A program made the position numbers and the translations under genes. A model generated the notes under the pieces. It did no database searches. It saw only the letters and a program-made list of their open reading frames with translations, and had not been told where the DNA came from. A stretch of DNA of 32,000 nucleotides from Delftia acidovorans NBRC 14950 (GTDB lineage: Bacteria > Pseudomonadota > Gammaproteobacteria > Burkholderiales > Burkholderiaceae_C), in assembly GCF_001598795.1 (NCBI RefSeq), contig NZ_BCZP01000004.1, positions 311,838 through 343,837 on the forward strand, written 5' to 3'. This document shows, piece by piece, positions 26,294 to 32,000 of the stretch (positions are counted from its first letter, which is position 1; every line of letters begins with the position of its first letter).

Positions 26294-27589
26294 ATGGTTC
26301 CACATCTCATCACGGCCCTGACAGGCCCGATCAACGAGCTTGAGCAGCGCATCCTCGACTCCATGCCGGCGATCGAGCGCTGGTTCCGGCTCGAATGGAT
26401 GGAACACACGCCGCCTTTCTATTGCTCGGTGGACATCCGCAACGCCGGCTTCAAGCTCGCGCCCGTGGATACCAACCTGTTTCCTGGCGGCTGGAACAAC
26501 CTGACCGACGAAATGCTGCCACTGGCCGTGCAGGCGGCCATGGCGGCGATCGAGAAGATCTGCCCCGAAGCGCGCAACCTGCTCATCATTCCCGAGAACC
26601 ACACGCGCAACACCCATTACCTGGCCAACGTGGTGCAGCTCAAGCGCATCTTCAACATGGCCGGTCTGAACGTGCGCATCGGCTCCATCAGCCCCGATGT
26701 GAAGAAGACCACCACCGTCACCCTGCCGCATGGCGACACGGTGACGCTGGAGCCGGTGATCCGCAGCAAGCGCCGCATCGGCCTCAAGGATTTCGATCCC
26801 TGCACCATCTTGCTCAACAACGACCTGTCCTCCGGCGTGCCGGGCATCGTCGAGGAGCTGTACGAGCAATACCTGCTGCCGCCCCTGCATGCAGGCTGGA
26901 GCGTGCGCCGCAAGAGCCGCCATTTCCAGAGCTACGAGGAAGTGGCCAAGCGCTTCGGCAAGCTGCTGGGCATTGATCCCTGGCTGATCAACCCGCTGTT
27001 CGGGCGCAGCGAAGGCATCGACTTCGCCAATGGAGTGGGCATGGAAGGCCTGGCCGAGCAGGTCGATGTGCTGCTGGCCAAGGTGCGCCGCAAGTACAAG
27101 GAATACGGCATCAAGGAAAAGCCGTTTGCCATCGTCAAGGCCGACAACGGCACCTATGGCATGGGCGTGATGACCGTGCGCGACGCCAAGGAACTGGCCG
27201 AGCTGCCGCGCAAGAGCCGCAACAAGATGGGCATGATCAAGGACGGCCAGACCGTGCACGACGTGATCATCCAGGAGGGCGTGCTCACCCAGGAGCGCAT
27301 GAACAACGCCGTGGCCGAGCCCGTGGTCTACATGATGGACCGCTACGTGGTCGGCGGCTTCTACCGCATGCACCCCGAGCGCGATGTGGACGAAAACCTC
27401 AACGCGCCCGGTGCCGGCTTCGTGCCGCTGGCCTTCCAGCACAGCACCCAGCTGCCCCAGATCGGCGCCCGCCCGGGTGCCAGCATGCCCAATCGCTTCT
27501 ACATGTACGGCGTGGTCGCCCGCGTCGCCATGCTGGCGGCCAGCTATGAGCTGGAGGCGACCAACCCCAACGCGGAAATCTACGACTGA
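26294..27589 (+). CDS. gshA: Glutamate--cysteine ligase (the ~430 aa betaproteobacterial / T. ferrooxidans-type GshA)
   Basis: The N-terminus (IERWFRLEWMEHTPPFYCSVDIRNAGFKLAPVDTNLFPGGWNNL) and the length match this GshA family as I recall it. AGAGGG lies 5 nt before the ATG. gshB is nearby. Confidence 0.85.
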   Translation: MVPHLITALTGPINELEQRILDSMPAIERWFRLEWMEHTPPFYCSVDIRNAGFKLAPVDTNLFPGGWNNLTDEMLPLAVQAAMAAIEKICPEARNLLIIPENHTRNTHYLANVVQLKRIFNMAGLNVRIGSISPDVKKTTTVTLPHGDTVTLEPVIRSKRRIGLKDFDPCTILLNNDLSSGVPGIVEELYEQYLLPPLHAGWSVRRKSRHFQSYEEVAKRFGKLLGIDPWLINPLFGRSEGIDFANGVGMEGLAEQVDVLLAKVRRKYKEYGIKEKPFAIVKADNGTYGMGVMTVRDAKELAELPRKSRNKMGMIKDGQTVHDVIIQEGVLTQERMNNAVAEPVVYMMDRYVVGGFYRMHPERDVDENLNAPGAGFVPLAFQHSTQLPQIGARPGASMPNRFYMYGVVARVAMLAASYELEATNPNAEIYD

Positions 27590-27596
27590 TCGGGGT

Positions 27597-27626
27597 GCTG
27601 TCCGATGCGCTCGTCATCAGGACAGC
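27597..27626 (+). terminator. Hairpin after gshA (possible terminator, no U-tract)
   Basis: gctgtcc (27597-27603) pairs with ggacagc (27620-27626) across a 16-nt loop. It starts 8 nt after the gshA stop. No T-run follows. Confidence 0.3.
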
Positions 27627-27671
27627 GGACAATGCCGGCATTTCAATTGACTGAAGCCATCTCCCCACGGG

Positions 27672-29555
27672 ATGGCGCATAGACCTGTGCAGAAAACCAA
27701 ATCTTCGTTGGCCGCGCTCACCCTGGGCGCCATCGGCGTGGTCTATGGCGATATCGGCACCAGCGTGCTGTATTCGGTCAAGGAGGTGTTCGGCTCCGGC
27801 CATGTGCCGTTCACCCAGGAGAACATCTACGGCGTCCTGTCGCTGCTGTTCTGGACGCTGACGGTCATCGTCTCGCTCAAATACGTGGTCCTGGTGCTGC
27901 GCGCCGACAACAACGGCGAAGGCGGCCTGGTCGCCATGCTGGCCCTGGCCTCGCAGACCGTCAAGGACAAGCCGCGCCTGCGCAGCGTGCTGCTGCTCAT
28001 CGGCATCTTCGGCACCTCGCTGTTCTATGGCGACGGCGTGATCACGCCGGCCATCTCCGTGCTTTCGGCCGTCGAGGGCCTGGAGGTGGTGTCCCCGCAC
28101 TTCACCAAGGCGGTGATTCCGCTGACCCTGGTCATCCTGTTCCTGCTGTTCTGGTTTCAGAAACACGGCACGGCAGGGATAGGGCGCTTTTTCGGGCCCA
28201 TCACCCTGGTCTGGTTCGCCACCATCGCCGCGCTGGGCATACACCAGATCGCCGGCCATCCGGAAATCCTGGCGGCCATCAGCCCGCACTTCGCGGTGCG
28301 CTTCATCTGGGACAACCCCGGCACCAGCTTCATCATCCTGGGCGCCGTCGTGCTGTGCGTGACCGGGGCGGAGGCGCTCTACGCCGACCTGGGCCACTTC
28401 GGCAAGAAGCCCATCCGCCTGGCCTGGTTCTCCGTGGCCATGCCTGCCCTCACGCTCAATTACTTCGGCCAGGGTGCGCTGCTGCTGGCCAACCCGGCCG
28501 CCGTGAAGAATCCCTTCTACATGATGGCCCCGGCCTGGGCCCTGCTGCCCCTGGTGCTGATGGCCACCATGGCCACGGTCATCGCTTCGCAGGCCCTGAT
28601 CACGGGCGCCTTCAGCGTCACGCGCCAGGTCATACAGCTGGGCTATCTGCCGCGCCTGGAAGTGCGCCACACCAGCGTGCGCGAGGCCGGCCAGATCTAC
28701 ATGCCCCTGGTCAACTGGAGCCTGTTCGTGGCGATTGCGCTGGCCGTGGTGCTGTTCCGCTCCAGCGGCAACCTGGCGGCCGCCTACGGCATTGCGGTGA
28801 CGCTGGACATGCTGATCACCACCACGCTGACCTTCTTCGTGATCCGCTACCGCTGGAACTACCCGCTGGCCCTGTGCATTGCCGCCACCGGCTTCTTCTT
28901 CCTGGTGGACCTGGCCTTCTTCTCGTCCAACCTGCTCAAGCTGTTCGATGGCGGCTGGTTCCCGCTGCTGATCGGCGGCACGGTGTTCTCGCTGATGATG
29001 ACCTGGCGCAAGGGCCGCGAGCTGCTGCACCAAAAGCTGCAGGCCGATGCCATCGACCTCAAGAGCTTCCTCGAATCGGTCTGGCGCCATCCCCCTGCGC
29101 GGGTGCCGGGTACGGCCGTCTTCCTGTCCGGCGAGCCTGGCACCGTGCCCAACGCCCTGCTGCACAACCTCAAGCACAACAAGGTGCTGCACAGCCAGAA
29201 CATCTTCGTCACGGTGCGCAACCACGAAATTCCCTGGGTAGGCCTGGACAAGCGTACCGAGATCGAGGCCCTGGGCAGCGACTGCTGGCAGGTCATCATC
29301 AACTACGGCTTCAAGAACGAACCCGACGTGCCGGCGGCGCTGTCCCTGTTGCGCCCCCGGGGCTGCCAGCTCGACGCCATGGAGACCAGCTACTTCCTGT
29401 CGCGCGATGTCATCATCCCGCGCATCAGCCACCGCATGGCGCCCTGGCGCGAAAAGCTGTTCGCCCAGATGCACCGCAACGCCAGCCGTGTCTCCGACTT
29501 CCTGCACCTGCCCAGCAACTCCGTGGTGGAGCTGGGCTCCAAGATCGAGCTGTAG
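27672..29555 (+). CDS. kup: KUP/HAK/KT family potassium transporter
   Basis: [28 protein letters not shown] and [13 protein letters not shown] are signature Kup motifs. 627 aa. Confidence 0.95.
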   Translation: MAHRPVQKTKSSLAALTLGAIGVVYGDIGTSVLYSVKEVFGSGHVPFTQENIYGVLSLLFWTLTVIVSLKYVVLVLRADNNGEGGLVAMLALASQTVKDKPRLRSVLLLIGIFGTSLFYGDGVITPAISVLSAVEGLEVVSPHFTKAVIPLTLVILFLLFWFQKHGTAGIGRFFGPITLVWFATIAALGIHQIAGHPEILAAISPHFAVRFIWDNPGTSFIILGAVVLCVTGAEALYADLGHFGKKPIRLAWFSVAMPALTLNYFGQGALLLANPAAVKNPFYMMAPAWALLPLVLMATMATVIASQALITGAFSVTRQVIQLGYLPRLEVRHTSVREAGQIYMPLVNWSLFVAIALAVVLFRSSGNLAAAYGIAVTLDMLITTTLTFFVIRYRWNYPLALCIAATGFFFLVDLAFFSSNLLKLFDGGWFPLLIGGTVFSLMMTWRKGRELLHQKLQADAIDLKSFLESVWRHPPARVPGTAVFLSGEPGTVPNALLHNLKHNKVLHSQNIFVTVRNHEIPWVGLDKRTEIEALGSDCWQVIINYGFKNEPDVPAALSLLRPRGCQLDAMETSYFLSRDVIIPRISHRMAPWREKLFAQMHRNASRVSDFLHLPSNSVVELGSKIEL

Positions 29556-29605
29556 GCGTCGCCCGCGCATCGCACGATCCGCGACTGTGGTGACAGAATC
29601 GCGCG

Positions 29606-30787
29606 ATGCGCTTTCTCCGTGACTTGAGTCCCTCCGCCTTTGCGGCCGGCTTCGTGGCCGTGCTCGTGGGCTTCACCAGCTCGGTGGCCCTGGTCTTCCA
29701 GGCCGCCCAGGCCTTTCATGCCACACCCGAGCAGATCACCTCCTGGGTCTGGGCGCTGGGGCTGGGCATGGGCCTGTGCTCCTTGCTGCCCTCGCTGATA
29801 CTGCGCATGCCCGTCATGGTCGCCTGGTCCACGCCAGGCGCTGCCGTGCTGGCCACGGCGGGGCTTGCCGGAGGCTTTTCCATGGGCGAGGCCGTCGGCG
29901 CCTTCATCATCAGCGCGGGGCTGATCATCCTGGTGGGTGCCACAGGCTGGTTCGAGCGCGTCATGAACCGCATCCCCATGGAAATCGCTGCCGCCCTCCT
30001 GGCGGGCGTACTGGCCAACTTCGGCATGCAGGCCTTTGCCGCCGCCAGGCACGCGCTGCCCCTGGTGCTGGTCATGCTGCTGACCTATCTGCTGTCGCGC
30101 CGCCTGGCACCGCGCTATGCGGTCATCGCCACGCTGGCGGTCTCCATCGCCTGGGTGGCGCTCACCGGCCAGATGCAATGGTCTGCCGTGCATGCAGGCC
30201 TTGCCTGGCCGGTCTTCACCATGCCCGAGTTCTCCGTGCCCGCCCTGGTGAGCCTGGCCTTGCCCCTGTTCGTCGTCACCATGGCCTCGCAGAACCTGCC
30301 CGGCGTGGCCGTCATCCGCGCCACGGGCTACAACCTGCCCATCTCCCGCATCATCAGCATGACCGGCATCGCCACCCTGGTGCTGGCCCCCTTTGGCGGA
30401 TATGCACTCAACCTCAGCGCCATCACCGCCGCCATCTGCATGGGGCCGGAGGCCCATGAGGACAAATCACGCCGCTATACGGCGGCGGCCGTCTGCGGCC
30501 TCTTCTATATAGTCATCGGCATCTTCGGCGCCGTGGTCACAGGGCTGCTCACCGCCTTCCCCAGGGAACTGGTGGTCTGCATTGCGGGGCTGGCCCTGCT
30601 GGGCTCCATCGGCAGCGGCCTGGCCACGGCCCTGCAGGGAGAGGAGCACCGGGAGGCGGCGCTGATCACCTTCCTGGTCACGCTCAGCGGCGTGGTGATA
30701 GCCGGAGTCGGCTCGGCGTTTTGGGGCGTGGTCGCAGGCAGCCTGGCGCTATTTGTGCAACATTACCGACGTGCACGGGCCATCTGA
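29606..30787 (+). CDS. benE: BenE family benzoate membrane transport protein (YdcO-like)
   Basis: AAGFVAVLVGFTSSVALVFQAA, AWSTPGAAVLA, and about 12 TM segments, typical of the BenE family. Confidence 0.85.
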   Translation: MRFLRDLSPSAFAAGFVAVLVGFTSSVALVFQAAQAFHATPEQITSWVWALGLGMGLCSLLPSLILRMPVMVAWSTPGAAVLATAGLAGGFSMGEAVGAFIISAGLIILVGATGWFERVMNRIPMEIAAALLAGVLANFGMQAFAAARHALPLVLVMLLTYLLSRRLAPRYAVIATLAVSIAWVALTGQMQWSAVHAGLAWPVFTMPEFSVPALVSLALPLFVVTMASQNLPGVAVIRATGYNLPISRIISMTGIATLVLAPFGGYALNLSAITAAICMGPEAHEDKSRRYTAAAVCGLFYIVIGIFGAVVTGLLTAFPRELVVCIAGLALLGSIGSGLATALQGEEHREAALITFLVTLSGVVIAGVGSAFWGVVAGSLALFVQHYRRARAI

Positions 30788-30867
30788 CATGCGGCCCAGG
30801 CCCGGGCACCCCCTTTTGCTTCCTATATATAGGCGAGGCACGGGCCGCCGCCTTCCGCACACAAGCC

Positions 30868-31818
30868 ATGCAAATCCTCTTCGTTGCCGATCCGCTCGAA
30901 TCGTTCCAGACCTACAAGGACACCACCTTCGCCATGATGAGGGAGGCACAGCGGCGCGGCCACTCCATCGTGGCCTGTGAACCCAGGCAGCTTTCCTGGC
31001 AGCGTGGCGGCAAGGTCGTCGCCCATGTACGGCACATCCAACTCACGGGGGATGCGCAGCAGTGGTTCGAGACAACCCAGGAGGGGCTGGCTGAACTGGC
31101 AGGCTTTGACGCCATCCTCATGCGCAAGGACCCGCCCTTCGATTCCGAATACTTCTATTCCACGCACCTGCTCGAACAGGCCGAGCGTGAAGGCGCCAAG
31201 GTCTTCAACAAGCCCAGGGCGCTGCGCGACCATCCGGAAAAGCTGGCCATCCTCGAATTCCCGCAATTCATCGGCCCCACCCTGGTCACCCGCAGTGCAC
31301 AGGACATCCGTGCCTTCCATGAAGAACACCAGGACATCATCCTCAAGCCGCTGGACGGCATGGGCGGCATGGGCATCTTCCGGGTCGGCGCCGATGGCCG
31401 TAACCTGGGCAGCATCATCGAAACCCTGAACCAGGGTGGCTCCAGCAGCGTCATGGTGCAGAAGTTCCTGCCTGAGATCACCCAGGGCGACAAGCGTGTG
31501 CTCGTCATCGGAGGCAAACCGGTTCCCTACTGCCTGGCACGCATTCCCCAGGGCAACGAAGTGCGTGGCAACCTGGCAGCCGGCGGCAAGGGCGTGGCCC
31601 AGCCGCTGAGCGAGCACGACAAGGCCATGGCCGAGGAGATCGGCCCCATCCTCATGGAGCGTGGACTGCTGCTGGCGGGCGTCGATGTCATCGGGCAATG
31701 CATCACCGAGATCAATGTGACCAGCCCCACCTGCTTCCAGGAGATCTACGACCAGACCGGCTGCGACGTGGCCAGCCTCTTCGTCGATGCCCTGGAACAG
31801 GCTCTGGCGACGGCCTGA
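30868..31818 (+). CDS. gshB: Glutathione synthetase (ATP-grasp, prokaryotic type)
   Basis: MQILFVADPLESFQTYKDTTFAMMREAQRRGH, ILMRKDPPFD, IILKPLDGMGGMGIF, KRVLVIGGKPV and EINVTSPT are GshB hallmarks. Confidence 0.95.
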   Translation: MQILFVADPLESFQTYKDTTFAMMREAQRRGHSIVACEPRQLSWQRGGKVVAHVRHIQLTGDAQQWFETTQEGLAELAGFDAILMRKDPPFDSEYFYSTHLLEQAEREGAKVFNKPRALRDHPEKLAILEFPQFIGPTLVTRSAQDIRAFHEEHQDIILKPLDGMGGMGIFRVGADGRNLGSIIETLNQGGSSSVMVQKFLPEITQGDKRVLVIGGKPVPYCLARIPQGNEVRGNLAAGGKGVAQPLSEHDKAMAEEIGPILMERGLLLAGVDVIGQCITEINVTSPTCFQEIYDQTGCDVASLFVDALEQALATA

Positions 31819-31821
31819 AAA

Positions 31822-31857
31822 AATCCTGGCAGATGACGCCAGTCATCCGCCAGGATT
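31822..31857 (+). terminator. Long imperfect hairpin after gshB (possible terminator)
   Basis: aatcctggc (31822-31830) pairs with gccaggatt (31849-31857). An inner stem gatgac pairs with gtcatc. No clear U-tract. Confidence 0.4.
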
Positions 31858-31923
31858 GGTGCTAGAATTGCGCCCCTGCACTCGATGACATGCAAATGTC
31901 TGAAAAGTGAAGCTTCCAAGGTT

Positions 31924-31953
31924 TTGCAAGAACGTCAAAAAACGTGCTACAAT
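31924..31953 (+). promoter_or_regulatory. Near-consensus sigma70 promoter (TTGCAA-18 nt-TACAAT)
   Basis: -35 TTGCAA at 31924-31929 and -10 TACAAT at 31948-31953, in an AT-richer spacer. Followed by a purine-rich gaagagaag and an ATG at 31978. Confidence 0.5.
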
Positions 31954-31977
31954 GCAAGGCTCTGCTGAAGAGAAGCG

Positions 31978-32000
31978 ATGCAGATCGCTGGTGTTGAAGA
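31978..32000 (+). CDS. Possible 5' end of the next gene (MQIAGVE...), truncated by the window edge
   Basis: ATG at 31978 lies a few nt after gaagagaag and downstream of the strong promoter. Only 7 codons are visible, so identity is unknown. Confidence 0.2.

Noticed and set aside
29598-29607. 10-bp palindrome ATCGCGCGAT overlapping the benE start codon.
   Set aside because: It is essentially a (CG)n core, which arises easily in GC-rich DNA. I saw no second copy or supporting context.
30103-30118. Sigma54-like TGGCAC-N5-TATGC. Other TGGCAC hits are at about 5946 and 31533.
   Set aside because: The GC element is out of register by one base or absent. All hits lie inside coding sequences, and no enhancer-binding protein gene is nearby.
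1-32000. Searched intergenic regions over 100 bp for tRNA, tmRNA or rRNA signatures and for integrase or transposase remnants.
   Set aside because: No GGTTCGAATCC-type T-arm or cloverleaf candidates in the spacers. The only ggttcga is inside benE. No IS inverted repeats or recombinase-like ORFs were recognised.

Overview
High-GC chromosomal segment. Gene order and protein sequences look Burkholderiales/Comamonadaceae-like (inference). It is densely packed with about 27 credible protein genes. I saw no rRNA, tRNA, CRISPR array, transposase, integrase or phage genes. Because of the GC content, the six-frame track is full of long spurious antisense ORFs, so calls rest on recognisable protein families, start-codon context and signal peptides. 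The left third (1-12 kb) looks accessory. It holds a LysR regulator, then a DUF2061 membrane protein followed by a tiny (Met-Pro)5 ORF built on a (GGCATG)5 microsatellite. Next is an MHYT-3xPAS hybrid histidine kinase with REC and Hpt, translationally coupled (ATGA) to a REC-HD-GYP regulator, followed by a GNAT and a NUDIX gene. Then comes an ECF41-type sigma factor with an exact ECF41 promoter motif abutting its own start codon. A lipoprotein DUF1800 plus Tat-exported DUF1501 pair closes this part. The rest is core housekeeping: fur divergent from bamE-dapB-exbB-exbD, a YbdG-like MscS channel, leuS-lptE-holA, a 100-aa orphan, then proA-trkA-trkH-gshA-kup-benE-gshB. I did not find a convincing novel multi-gene system such as a defence island. 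The best leads are the self-abutting, probably leaderless ECF41 promoter with no canonical partner gene, the RpfC/RpfG-like MHYT-to-HD-GYP relay, the DUF2061/(Met-Pro)5/iteron region, and the DUF1800/DUF1501 module. All functional assignments are by eye, with no database search run.
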